NCBI GenBank assembly: GCA_963674865.2
Contig: CAXXYE010000004.1
Span: 416,001-480,000 of the forward strand
Origin: Candidatus Hydrogenedentota bacterium
GTDB taxonomy: Bacteria; Hydrogenedentota; Hydrogenedentia; Hydrogenedentales; SLHB01
Direction: 5' to 3'
DNA length: 64,000 bases
How positions within the stretch are numbered: the stretch's first letter is position 1; each line of letters opens with the position of its first letter. The notes below the pieces were generated by a model, which was not told the DNA's origin, ran no database searches, and saw only the letters and a program-made list of their open reading frames with translations. The translations under genes and the position numbers were made by a program. Positions 1-9,188 of this stretch are shown piece by piece.

Positions 1-132
1 CGGGGGGGCTAATCGTGTTGTTCTGGCTTGCGCTGGCGTCCGCCGGTGTCGGATTGATCCTCTGGGCGACGCGCGGCGGGGCGCAGGCGCAGTAGCGCAA
101 GCAGCCCGGAGCCATAGCAGCCGGGCGCTTGC

Positions 133-492
133 CTAAACACTCTCGTCAAATAGCAGGCTCTGCAATTCCCGCATCTTCGCGGAGATCTCAAGCAGTTCCT
201 CCGGGGGGATCTGTTTAATGACTTGGTTATTCTTGTCGATAATCTGCGCGACGATTCGCTTGCTTTCCGCGTCCACGTGCAGGCGGGTGCCCGCACGTCT
301 CATCGCGGGGTTCTCGACAACAGGCTGCGCGTTGCCTTCTGTCTCTTTGACGGCGGGGCTGGGACTGGCCCGCTCCGTCGTGACGGCCTCCTTCGCCGGT
401 TCAGCGTTGCGCGGCTGCGGAGAAGGCCTCCTGGAAAGAGACGAAGGCAGCAGGGCCGCCATCTCTTGTCCGCTTACACTCCGCACACCCAT
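133..492 (-). CDS. flaG: Flagellar protein FlaG family
   Basis: C-terminal RLHVDAESKRIVAQIIDKNNQVIKQIPPEELL...LLFDESV is FlaG-like; directly downstream of flagellins; SD AGGAGAG. Confidence 0.85.
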   Translation of the reverse strand: MGVRSVSGQEMAALLPSSLSRRPSPQPRNAEPAKEAVTTERASPSPAVKETEGNAQPVVENPAMRRAGTRLHVDAESKRIVAQIIDKNNQVIKQIPPEELLEISAKMRELQSLLFDESV

Positions 493-521
493 AGGGACTC
501 TCCTTGACGTTTACTCAGCGC

Positions 522-1337
522 CTAACCTAGTAACTGCAGCGCGGTTTGCGGCACGATGTTGGCCTGGGCCAACACGGATGTGCCCGCCGACACGAGAATC
601 TGGTTGCGCGTGAAGGTGATGGTTTCGGTAGCAATATTTGCGTCGCGGATGGCGCTTTCGGACGCTTGCGAGTTCTCCTCCTGAATCGCCAAGGTGTTGA
701 TGGTGAATTCAAGGCGGTTCTGATAGGCGCCGAGGGTACTCCGCAATGTGCTGACGCTCTTGATGGCGCTGTCGATGGTGCTGAGCGAAAGCACGGAACC
801 GGCCACGGTGGACACGGCCACGGTACTGATCTTCAGATCCGTGGTCGTGGCCGAGGTCAGGCTCATGGAGAGGGTCTGGCCCGGTTGCGCACCGGCCTGG
901 AGCGTCAGGGTTTGAGAGGCACTGAGGACGCGGAGGCCGTTGAACTCCGTGTCGAAGGCGATATCGTCTATCTGCGCCAGGAGTTGCTGCACCTCGGTGT
1001 TGAGCGATTCACGATTCTGTGTACTCTGGGTTCCGTTGGCCGCCTGAACGGCTAGTTCGCGCATGCGCTGCAGGATGTTTGTGGTTTCGCTGAGGGCGCC
1101 CTCGGCCGTCTGCACGAGACTGATGCCGTCTTGGGCGTTGCGCTGCGCCACCTGAGTGCCGAGTACGACGGAGTGAAATCCCTCGGCAATGGCCAGTCCG
1201 GCGGCGTCATCCGCGGCGCGGTTGATGCGCAGGCCGCTGGATAACCTTTCGAGGGACTGGTTCAGAGCTTTCGTCGAGCGGTTCAGGATACGCGCCGCGT
1301 TGAGAGCCGGCGTGTTGGTGTTGATTACTAGTCCCAC
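522..1337 (-). CDS. fliC: Flagellin paralog 1 (minimal, 271 aa)
   Basis: INTN...SLERLSSGLRINRAADDAAGLAI N-terminus and LGAYQNRLE...VLAQAN C-terminus; GTG start with SD AAGGAGG. Confidence 0.97.
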   Translation of the reverse strand: MGLVINTNTPALNAARILNRSTKALNQSLERLSSGLRINRAADDAAGLAIAEGFHSVVLGTQVAQRNAQDGISLVQTAEGALSETTNILQRMRELAVQAANGTQSTQNRESLNTEVQQLLAQIDDIAFDTEFNGLRVLSASQTLTLQAGAQPGQTLSMSLTSATTTDLKISTVAVSTVAGSVLSLSTIDSAIKSVSTLRSTLGAYQNRLEFTINTLAIQEENSQASESAIRDANIATETITFTRNQILVSAGTSVLAQANIVPQTALQLLG

Positions 1338-1356
1338 GTCTTAGTCCTCCTTGGCA

Positions 1357-1382
1357 TTCTTAGAGTATCCGTACTCAAAGAA
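1357..1382 (-). promoter_or_regulatory. CsrA-type GGA hairpin before flagellin 1
   Basis: Minus strand TTCTT-T-GAGTA-CGGA-TACTC-T-AAGAA with ACGGA at the loop; second AAGGA overlaps the SD. Confidence 0.7.
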
Positions 1383-1390
1383 CATTGTTA

Positions 1391-2206
1391 TTAGCCGAGC
1401 AGTGTAAGGGCCGTTTGCGGCACGATGTTGGCTTGGGCCAAGACGGCCGTGCCGGCCGTCACCAGGATTTGATTTCTCGTGAAATCAATGGTCTCAGTCG
1501 CGATGTTGGCATCGCGGATGGCGCTTTCCGACGCCTGCGAGTTCTCCTCCTGAATCGCGAGCGTATTGATAGTGAACTCAAGGCGGTTCTGGTAGGCGCC
1601 GAGGGTACTGCGCAGCGTGCTCACGCTGCGGATGGCCGTATCGATGGTGCTCATTGCGGACACCGCCGATCCGACACTGGACACCCTGACGGCACTGACC
1701 TTGAGATCGTTTGTCTTGGCGGCATTCAATGTGATGGACAGCGTCTGCCCGGGTTGAGCGCCCGCCTGCAGGGTGAGGGTCTGCGTGGCGCTGAGCACCC
1801 GAATGCCGTTGAACTCCGTATCGAAGGCGATATCGTCGATCTGTGCAAGAAGTTGTTGGACTTCGGTGTTAAGCGCGGCCTGGTTCTGCGTGCTTTGGGT
1901 GCCGTTCGCGGCCTGAACAGCCAACTCCCGCATACGCTGCAGGATGTTGGTGGTTTCGCTCAGGGCGCCTTCCGTGGTTTGAACCATGCTTATGCCGTCC
2001 TGGGCGTTGCGCTGCGCGACCTGCGTGCCCAACACGACGGAGCGAAATCCTTCGGCGATGGCGAGTCCCGCGGCGTCATCGGCGGCGCGGTTGATGCGAA
2101 GCCCGCTCGACAAGCGCTCGAGTGAGCGGTTGAGCGCTTTGGTGGATCGGCTGAGAACGCGGGCCGTGTTCAACGCGGGTATATTCGTGTTGATCCTGAG
2201 TCCCAT
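1391..2206 (-). CDS. fliC: Flagellin paralog 2
   Basis: Flagellin N- and C-terminal motifs; start placed at MGLRINTN (ATG 2206) with SD GGAGGG. Confidence 0.97.
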   Translation of the reverse strand: MGLRINTNIPALNTARVLSRSTKALNRSLERLSSGLRINRAADDAAGLAIAEGFRSVVLGTQVAQRNAQDGISMVQTTEGALSETTNILQRMRELAVQAANGTQSTQNQAALNTEVQQLLAQIDDIAFDTEFNGIRVLSATQTLTLQAGAQPGQTLSITLNAAKTNDLKVSAVRVSSVGSAVSAMSTIDTAIRSVSTLRSTLGAYQNRLEFTINTLAIQEENSQASESAIRDANIATETIDFTRNQILVTAGTAVLAQANIVPQTALTLLG

Positions 2207-2228
2207 TGTCTTACCCTCCATGAGTGCG

Positions 2229-2255
2229 TCGCGGGGGTATCCCTAGTCCCCACGA
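2229..2255 (-). promoter_or_regulatory. CsrA-type GGA hairpin before flagellin 2
   Basis: Minus strand TCGTGGGG-ACTAGGGATAC-CCCCGCGA with AGGGA in the loop; ATGGA overlaps the SD. Confidence 0.55.
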
Positions 2256-2350
2256 TTGAGATGCTGTTGTCGTCGGCCTGGCCCGGCTCATTGGGGGCAG
2301 CTCAGGCGTCAGGCCGTCAGATGCTCACCTCCCTTCTCAAATGGCCCCAG

Positions 2351-2378
2351 GGCGCCGGGCCCCGAAGAACCCGGCGCC
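2351..2378. other. GC-rich intergenic hairpin between flagellins 3 and 2
   Basis: GGCGCCGGG (2351-2359) / CCCGGCGCC (2370-2378) inverted repeat; no clear U-tract, so possibly an mRNA-stability or attenuation hairpin. Confidence 0.5.
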
Positions 2379-2407
2379 GGGGCGCCAATCAGCTATAAAT
2401 GGGGCGT

Positions 2408-3223
2408 TTATCCCAGCAATTGCAGTGCGGTCTGCGGTACGATGTTGGCTTGGGCCAAGACCGAAGTACCGGCTGATACGAGAATCTGGTTGCGGGTATA
2501 GGCAATGGTCTCGGAGGCGATGTTGGCGTCGCGGATGGCGCTTTCCGACGCTGACGAGTTCTCTTCCTGAATCGCGAGCGTATTGATGGTGAACTCAAGG
2601 CGGTTCTGATAGGCGCCGAGGGTGCTTCGCAGTGTGCTCACGCTACGGATGGCCGTATCGATGGTGCTCATCGCGGACACGGCGGAGCCGACGCTTGAAA
2701 CCGTTACGGCGCTCACCTTCAGGTCGTTCGTGGAGGCTGCCGTAAGCGAGATCGCCAGTGTCTGTCCGGGCTGGGCGCCGGCCTGGAGCGTAAGGGTCTG
2801 CGAGGCGCTCAACACGCGCAGGCCGTTAAACTCGGTGTCAAAGGCAATGTCGTCAATCTGGGCCAGAAGCTGCTGCACCTCGGTGTTGAGGGCCTCGCGG
2901 TTCTGGCTGCTCTGTGTGCCGTTGGCGGCCTGAACGGCCAGCTCGCGCATCCGCTGGAGAATGTTGGTTGTTTCACTTAGGGCGCCTTCAGCCGTCTGGA
3001 CGAGGCTGATGCCGTCCTGTGAGTTCCGCTGAGCGACCTGCGTGCCCAGCACGACGGAGTGGAATCCTTCCGCAATGGCGAGGCCCGCGGCGTCGTCCGC
3101 GGCCCGGTTGATGCGCAACCCGCTAGAGAGCCGCTCTAGAGACTGATTCAAATCCTGGGTAGAGCGATTCAGAATGCGGCTTGTGTTCAACGCGGGAACG
3201 TTAGTGTTGATTACGAGTCCCAT
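2408..3223 (-). CDS. fliC: Flagellin paralog 3
   Basis: Flagellin motifs; ATG 3223 is best spaced from SD GGAGGG. Confidence 0.97.
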   Translation of the reverse strand: MGLVINTNVPALNTSRILNRSTQDLNQSLERLSSGLRINRAADDAAGLAIAEGFHSVVLGTQVAQRNSQDGISLVQTAEGALSETTNILQRMRELAVQAANGTQSSQNREALNTEVQQLLAQIDDIAFDTEFNGLRVLSASQTLTLQAGAQPGQTLAISLTAASTNDLKVSAVTVSSVGSAVSAMSTIDTAIRSVSTLRSTLGAYQNRLEFTINTLAIQEENSSASESAIRDANIASETIAYTRNQILVSAGTSVLAQANIVPQTALQLLG

Positions 3224-3252
3224 AGTCATGTCCCTCCGTGAGTGCGTTCTCA

Positions 3253-3264
3253 GGCATCCCTGCC
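3253..3264 (-). promoter_or_regulatory. CsrA-type GGA hairpin before flagellin 3
   Basis: Minus strand GGCA-GGGA-TGCC; ACGGA overlaps the SD. Confidence 0.6.
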
Positions 3265-3328
3265 CTTACTTCATTTGCCTAGCGGCCTGAGAGGACGCGG
3301 ACCATCTCAAGCCGGACCTGCCGTTAAC

Positions 3329-4144
3329 TTACTGGAGAAGCTGCAACGCCGTCTGCGGCACGATGTTGGCCTGGGCCAACACCGAGGTGCCCGCCGAAAC
3401 AAGGATCTGATTCCTTGTGAAGTCGATGGTTTCGGAGGCGATGTTCGCATCGCGGATGGCGCTTTCCGACGCCGACGAGTTCTCCTCCTGAATCGCGAGG
3501 GTGTTGATGGTGAACTCGAGACGGTTCTGATAGGCGCCGAGCGTGCTGCGGAGCGTGCTGACACTGCGTAGCGCGCTATCGATGGTACTCAGAGAAAGCA
3601 CTGAGCCCGCTACCGTGGAGACAGCGACTGTCGAGATCTTTAGGTCGTTCGTCTTGGCGGCCACCATCGAAATCGCGAGCGTCTGTCCGGGCTGGGCGCC
3701 GGCCTGAAGCGTGATGGTTTGTGAGGCGCTCAACACGCGGAGTCCATTGAACTCCGTATCCATCGCGATATCGTCGATCTGGGCCAGCAATTGCTGGACC
3801 TCGGTGTTCAACGATGCACGGTTCTCCGAACTCTGTGTACCGTTGGCGGCCTGGACGGCCAGTTCGCGCACACGTTGGAGAATGTTGGTGGTTTCGCTGA
3901 GGGCGCCTTCAGCGGTCTGGACGAGGCTGATGCCGTCCTGCGAGTTCCGCTGCGCCACCTGCGCGCCCTGGACCACCGAACGGAAGCCCTCCGCAATGGC
4001 CAAGCCTGCGGCGTCGTCTGCCGCCCGATTGATCCGCAACCCGCTCGATAGCCGCTCCAAACTCCGGTTCAACGACTTGGTTGAACGGCTCAGAATACGG
4101 CTGGTGTTCAAAGCGGGTATGTTGGTATTGATTCTGAGTCCCAT
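3329..4144 (-). CDS. fliC: Flagellin paralog 4 (first transcribed)
   Basis: Flagellin motifs; start MGLRINTN at ATG 4144 with SD GGAGG. Confidence 0.97.
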   Translation of the reverse strand: MGLRINTNIPALNTSRILSRSTKSLNRSLERLSSGLRINRAADDAAGLAIAEGFRSVVQGAQVAQRNSQDGISLVQTAEGALSETTNILQRVRELAVQAANGTQSSENRASLNTEVQQLLAQIDDIAMDTEFNGLRVLSASQTITLQAGAQPGQTLAISMVAAKTNDLKISTVAVSTVAGSVLSLSTIDSALRSVSTLRSTLGAYQNRLEFTINTLAIQEENSSASESAIRDANIASETIDFTRNQILVSAGTSVLAQANIVPQTALQLLQ

Positions 4145-4170
4145 AGTCCTGTCCTCCGTGAGTGGTCGTG

Positions 4171-4188
4171 CGGCGCGTCCATGCGCCG
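4171..4188 (-). promoter_or_regulatory. CsrA-type GGA hairpin before flagellin 4
   Basis: Minus strand CGGCGC-ATGGAC-GCGCCG; ACGGA overlaps the SD. Confidence 0.65.
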
Positions 4189-4539
4189 TTGTTGCTCCCA
4201 TTGTTTTCGATTGTCATCGAGTAGCAGGTGTCGCGGTACTCCTGAAACTCGACTCGAGAAAGACCGCCGGATCGGACACCGACCCCGTTGCCTTCCTCTA
4301 CGCCCCCAGCCGCCCTTTAGCCGACATATGCCACCACGCGCGCCCATTTCGCGCGAGGACGGAGCAATTGTCAGCGGATACCCTCAAGACGCCTCAAGGC
4401 TCGATGGTCTTGTCGGAGACCATACCCGCCTTTCTTCTCAAACGCTTACTAATAAAACACTTAAGCCTTGGCGCGCCCACTTGGGCAAGTCCGGCCGGTT
4501 CAACTTTTGTAAAGGCCCATTACCCCTTTACCGTCTTGT

Positions 4540-4566
4540 TTATCGACAACTTTAGCCAGAACTTTA
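4540..4566 (-). promoter_or_regulatory. Sigma-28 (FliA/SigD) promoter of the flagellin cluster
   Basis: Minus strand TAAA-gttctggctaaagtt(15)-GTCGATAA versus consensus TAAA-N15-GCCGATAA. Confidence 0.8.
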
Positions 4567-4775
4567 GTCTTTTTTTCCCTGTATCGAGTGAAAGTCAGCG
4601 GAATTGTTCTCGAAGGATAGGGGAAGCAAGGCGAGGGCCACGCTGAATGGTCGAAGAGGAAATGCATAAGACATTGCAAAGCAGGGCTTTGGCAGCGCCC
4701 GGCTTGGCAGCGTTAAGGAATGGCGCGTATCAGCTCCGGACAGGCATGCGTCCGCGATAGGGCCTCCGCAGCGGA

Positions 4776-5465
4776 TTACCGTGCCGGAGTGTGCGTTGAC
4801 TCTTCAGACTGGCTTTCCTCGGACGATTCGGGCTGTTCCCCGTCGCCGCCACCTTCGCCGGAGGGTTTCGAGCGCCAACCGGCGGCTCGCTGGCGGGCTC
4901 GCTGAACAAGACGGCGCATGTCTGATTCGAACTTGTCCAGGCACAGGTATAGCCTGGCGCGCTGGGTAATGCTCAGGTCATCACCGAGTTGCTCGAATAG
5001 CTCGCTGCGGAGATTGACGAGTTCGGTATCTCTCGCGATGACTTCCTTCAGCTTTGCTTCGACCTCGGCTTCCGGCCCGGCGGCGCTCGCCAGTTCTCGC
5101 AGTTCTCTGAGCGTTTGATAGCGGGCCTTCCGAAGCTCACGGCTCATGTCCTTGAATTCACCCAGGCGCTTGAGCATGACGACCATCTCGGCGTCGGAAA
5201 GGTCGAGTTCCTCGGAAAGACGCGTCGCCATGACGGCGTCCATCATCTCACGGATCTCATCTCTGTCATGCGAGTGCTTATAGAAAGGGACATCTTTGGA
5301 TTCGGCGGCAAGGGCATATGTGCTCGTCTTCGCCTCGTCATTTGCCTTAGCGGAGACGTCCGAGACGGCGGGTGAGACGGATTCCTCCGGCGGAACGGCA
5401 TAGGCTCCGCGTGCAGCAATCATGACGGCGGCCAGTCCCATGACAAGCAACATACGCGGGTTCAT
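4776..5465 (-). CDS. Secreted helical protein, Spy/CpxP-like periplasmic sensor
   Basis: Signal peptide; LSEELDLSDAE and LSITQRARL (LTxxQ-like) motifs; third gene of the ECF/anti-sigma operon. Confidence 0.6.
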   Translation of the reverse strand: MNPRMLLVMGLAAVMIAARGAYAVPPEESVSPAVSDVSAKANDEAKTSTYALAAESKDVPFYKHSHDRDEIREMMDAVMATRLSEELDLSDAEMVVMLKRLGEFKDMSRELRKARYQTLRELRELASAAGPEAEVEAKLKEVIARDTELVNLRSELFEQLGDDLSITQRARLYLCLDKFESDMRRLVQRARQRAAGWRSKPSGEGGGDGEQPESSEESQSEESTHTPAR

Positions 5466-6115
5466 GTGATACGCTCCTCATTTGCGTACTCTTGCAACAC
5501 CTGGCTGAAGGCTTCGCTCTCGGCTTCAGTCAGCGATTGAATGACGGTGTTGAGATCTTCCTGTGCTTCGAACGACCCGGCCCATTGGGCGAACCACGGC
5601 GTCTCAGCAAGAACATCCACCATGGCCAAGGCTGGGACCTCGTCCAGCTCTTCCACAACCATTGAAGGCTCGGGGAGTACGTAGGCAATGTCTTGCCCCG
5701 GCTCCAACTGCTTTTCCAGCGTGGCAAGCAGGGCACCTTCATCAAGGGCGCGGTCGGGAGCCTCGTTTTGCAGGCCGTTTGCCCAGCCGGGCGCGTGGTT
5801 GTCTTCGTATACCACGGCAACGGCAAGAATAACCAATACGATGGTTGCCGCGGCGAGCCAAGGCGCCGCCTGAAAGGGCCATCTGGCCCAGTTCGGTTCA
5901 GGCTTCCGTCTCACGGCGGCAAGGACGCGTTCGGTGAAAGCGGGATTGCCGACGGGCCCCTGCAGGCCCTTGAGGTGGGCTGAAAGCCTGAGAAGGTCCA
6001 TGTGCCTTTGGGCGCACTCCGGGCACTGTTGCAGGTGTCGGGCGATTCTGTCAGGATCCCGCGCCTGGCCGTCGATGTACAACGACAATTCGTCCAAGAC
6101 GTGTTTCGTCTTCAT
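5462..6115 (-). CDS. Anti-sigma factor with zf-HC2 zinc finger and one TM helix
   Basis: HLQQCPEC (HxxxCxxC); TM WLAAATIVLVILAVAVV; overlaps the ECF stop codon. Confidence 0.85.
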   Translation of the reverse strand: MKTKHVLDELSLYIDGQARDPDRIARHLQQCPECAQRHMDLLRLSAHLKGLQGPVGNPAFTERVLAAVRRKPEPNWARWPFQAAPWLAAATIVLVILAVAVVYEDNHAPGWANGLQNEAPDRALDEGALLATLEKQLEPGQDIAYVLPEPSMVVEELDEVPALAMVDVLAETPWFAQWAGSFEAQEDLNTVIQSLTEAESEAFSQVLQEYANEERIT

Positions 6116-6690
6116 AGTAGCTCTCCGCCGAGTTCGACGAGCTGTTGTCGGAGCTGCTCTCTCGCGCGGGCCAGACGGCTCTTCACGGTGCCCTGCCTGA
6201 CCTTCACGATCCGGGCTATGGCGCTGTAGTCAAGCCCTTGGACTTCCCTTAGAACAAGCACTTCGCGGTGTTCGGGCGAGAGGCGGCCCAGTCCCACTGT
6301 GATCAAGTCCTCAATCTCACGTAACCGTGCCTCGCGGTCAGGGCGTCGGCTTGGATCGGGAATAGCGCGCTCAGAGTTATCCTCCCGCACCAAGGGTTCG
6401 CCGCGACCTCGGCCGCGACGCTTTGAGTCGCGGAGGAAGTTCAGGGCCAAGTTCCGCGCAATTCCAAGAACCACTGTCGAGAACTGCGCCCTTTCCTTAA
6501 GGCGGTGCAAATGGCGGTGTAGGCGAACGAACGTCTCCTGGGCGATGTCTTCGGCATCGTGTACAGAGCCAACCATACGCTGGCAGAAGTGGATCACCGG
6601 CTTCTGGTGGCGTGACACCAACTGCGCAAACGCGTCCATATCACCTGACTGCGCCTTCGCTACAAGCTCCCAATCCGGGGCATCGACCAC
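6112..6690 (-). CDS. ECF RNA polymerase sigma factor
   Basis: DAEDIAQETF region 2; REVLVLREVQGLDYSAIA...TVKSRLARAR region 4. Confidence 0.92.
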   Translation of the reverse strand: MVDAPDWELVAKAQSGDMDAFAQLVSRHQKPVIHFCQRMVGSVHDAEDIAQETFVRLHRHLHRLKERAQFSTVVLGIARNLALNFLRDSKRRGRGRGEPLVREDNSERAIPDPSRRPDREARLREIEDLITVGLGRLSPEHREVLVLREVQGLDYSAIARIVKVRQGTVKSRLARAREQLRQQLVELGGELL

Positions 6691-6792
6691 TTGAAGGCTT
6701 ACCTCGCCTCTATTCCGTGAAACACCATCTCACGGACCCGGTTCCCTCGACCACTCGTCCAATATGGCGCAAAACGCCGCCATGGCAGCAGT

Positions 6793-8193
6793 TTACGAAC
6801 GCTTGACCCGCGGACCGTCCGGCGTATCCTCGATAACCCAACCATCCTCGGCGAGGGCGTCACGAATGGCGTCTGCCTTGGCGAAGTCCTTCTCCCGCCG
6901 TGCCTTCTGACGTTCCATAACACGGTCCAGGATCTCCTGCGGGGCCTCCTCGTCGTCGGCATCGCCGAGAACTCCGACCACCATATCAAGTTTGTCTAGG
7001 AGACTCAGCGCACGTTTGGCCCCCGCCGCGCTCAGTTCATTGGCATCGATGAGCTTGTTGGTATCTCGTATGAAATCAAAAATCACCGCCAAAGCGGAAG
7101 AGATGTTTAGATCGTCGTCGAGTGCGTCGCCGAAAGCGGCCTCACAGGCGGCCGTCTCTTGGGCCAAGTCCGAGCCGTCGACGGTTACGACGTCTTTGAG
7201 GCGTAGCCTGAAATCCCGGACGCGGCGCAGGGACTGTCCGGCGGCCTCCAGGGCGTCAAAGGTGAAATTGTTGGGTTGGCGGTAGTGAGTGGCCAACAAG
7301 ACCCAGCGGATGGCGACGGGGTCGTGTCCTTTCTCCACTAAATCGCGCAGCGTGTAGAAGTTGCCAAAGGACTTGGCCATCTTTCTGCCGTCGAAATAGA
7401 GGTGGGCGCAATGGAGCCAGTACTTGACGAAGGGCTTGCCGGAGGCGGCTTCCGATTGAGCGATCTCATTCTCGTGATGGGGAAACATATTATCGATGCC
7501 GCCCGTATGGATGTCGAATGAGGCGCCCAGGTACTTCATGCTCATGGCTGAACACTCGATATGCCAGCCCGGACGCCCCTTTCCAAGCTCGGTCTCCCAG
7601 AAGACATCGCCGTCTTCCTCGTCGTAGGCCTTCCACAAGGCGAAGTCGCGCGCATTCTCGCGTTCGTATTCGTCGGCGTCGACACGTCCGCTGGCGCCCG
7701 TCTCGAGTTCTTCGATGTTGAAATGACTCAGTTTGCCGTAGTCGGGAAACGTGCTGAGCCGGAAATAGATGCTGCCGCCAGTTTCGTAGGTGTGGCCTTT
7801 TGCACGCAGGGCTTTAACCAACTCGACCATCTCGGGGACGTGGTCTGTGGCCGCGGGATACACTTCCGCCCGCTCGATACCAAGCGTGTCGAGGTCCTCG
7901 AAGAAAGCCTGGCTATAGCGCTGCGTGATGGACTTCCAGGGCTCACCTGTCTTGCGGGCCGTTCGGATGATCTTGTCCTCAACATCAGTAAGGTTCATGA
8001 CCTGTGTGACTTCATAGCCGCGAAACTCAAGGTGTCTTCGCAGGAGATCCTCAAACATGTAGGCGCGGAAGTTGCCGATATGGGCGAAGTTATAGACGGT
8101 CGGGCCGCAGGTGTACAGGCCGACTCGGGGGGGGGACAGGGGAGTGAAGACCTCTTTCTGCCGTGTCAACGTATTGTAGAACCGGATAGGCAT
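6793..8193 (-). CDS. cysS: Cysteine--tRNA ligase
   Basis: YTCGPTVY, HIGN, GRPGWHIECSAMS, KMAKS motifs. Confidence 0.97.
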   Translation of the reverse strand: MPIRFYNTLTRQKEVFTPLSPPRVGLYTCGPTVYNFAHIGNFRAYMFEDLLRRHLEFRGYEVTQVMNLTDVEDKIIRTARKTGEPWKSITQRYSQAFFEDLDTLGIERAEVYPAATDHVPEMVELVKALRAKGHTYETGGSIYFRLSTFPDYGKLSHFNIEELETGASGRVDADEYERENARDFALWKAYDEEDGDVFWETELGKGRPGWHIECSAMSMKYLGASFDIHTGGIDNMFPHHENEIAQSEAASGKPFVKYWLHCAHLYFDGRKMAKSFGNFYTLRDLVEKGHDPVAIRWVLLATHYRQPNNFTFDALEAAGQSLRRVRDFRLRLKDVVTVDGSDLAQETAACEAAFGDALDDDLNISSALAVIFDFIRDTNKLIDANELSAAGAKRALSLLDKLDMVVGVLGDADDEEAPQEILDRVMERQKARREKDFAKADAIRDALAEDGWVIEDTPDGPRVKRS

Positions 8194-8261
8194 ATGCTGT
8201 TCTCCTTGTCTCGGATTCGTACGGCGACATCCGATTCGCCGCCGGTTCCTAGAGTATCTGC

Positions 8262-9188
8262 TCAGGTTAGCAGGGCATCCACGAAGGCCTCAGGGGCGAA
8301 GGGCTGAAGATCCTCAATTCCTTCACCGATTCCAATGAACTTGATGGGAATATCCAGTTGCTTCTGGATGGCCACGACGATGCCGCCTTTGGCAGTGCCA
8401 TCAAGCTTCGCGAGGACAAGTCCCGTGACATTCAGCGCTTCGGTGAATTGCCGTGCTTGCTGGAGGCCATTTTGTCCGGTTGTAGCGTCGAGGACGAGGA
8501 GGACTTGATGCGGCGCCCCGGGAATCCGCTTGCCGACGACGCGTTGGATTTTCTTGAGTTCTTCCATCAGGTTGACTTTGGTATGCAGTCGCCCTGCCGT
8601 ATCTACGATAAGGCAATCCGCGCCACGCGATACGGCCGCATCGGCTGCGTCGAAGGCCACGGCCGCCGGATCCGATCCGTCCTGATGTTTGATGACGGCG
8701 GCGCCGACGCGTTCTCCCCAAATACTGAGCTGCTCCGTAGCCGCGGCCCGAAAGGTGTCCGCAGCGCCTAGAATAACGGTTTTGTCCGCGGCGCCGAGCT
8801 GGGCGGCGAGCTTGCCTATCGTAGTGGTTTTTCCGGAGCCGTTGACACCCACCACCATGGTGACGTGGGGGCCTTCGGGCATCGCCCATTCGATGGCGTG
8901 GTCGCCAGGTGACAGCAGGTTGAGAAGATCCTTCCTCAAAACGTCATAGAGAGCGTCGGCGTTTTCGAGCCGGTCTTCCTTGGCGGCTTGACGCAGGTCG
9001 TCAATGATGGCGAGCGTTGTTTCGACACCGACGTCGCCCTGGATCAGGATCTCCTCGAGATCATCGAAGAGTGAATCATCTAAAGCCCGGCCAGCCACAA
9101 CGCGGCGGATGCCGCCCATCAAAGAGTCGCGGGTTTTGCCCAGACGTTCGCGCAAGCGTCCAAACAATCCCTGTTTTCGATCTGCCAT
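8262..9188 (-). CDS. ftsY: SRP receptor FtsY
   Basis: GVNGSGKTT, DTFRAAA, DTAGRLH, KLDGTAKGG. Confidence 0.97.
   Translation of the reverse strand: MADRKQGLFGRLRERLGKTRDSLMGGIRRVVAGRALDDSLFDDLEEILIQGDVGVETTLAIIDDLRQAAKEDRLENADALYDVLRKDLLNLLSPGDHAIEWAMPEGPHVTMVVGVNGSGKTTTIGKLAAQLGAADKTVILGAADTFRAAATEQLSIWGERVGAAVIKHQDGSDPAAVAFDAADAAVSRGADCLIVDTAGRLHTKVNLMEELKKIQRVVGKRIPGAPHQVLLVLDATTGQNGLQQARQFTEALNVTGLVLAKLDGTAKGGIVVAIQKQLDIPIKFIGIGEGIEDLQPFAPEAFVDALLT

Noticed and set aside
4292..4336. Possible second promoter (TAAAG, or sigma-54-like TGGCA...GC) in the flagellin leader
   Set aside because: No GCCGATAA-like -10 at the proper spacing; GG-to-GC spacing is 9 rather than 10
6720..6745. Possible ECF autoregulatory promoter GGAAC-N15-GTGTT upstream of the ECF operon
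   Set aside because: Short degenerate motif with uncertain spacing; cannot be distinguished from chance
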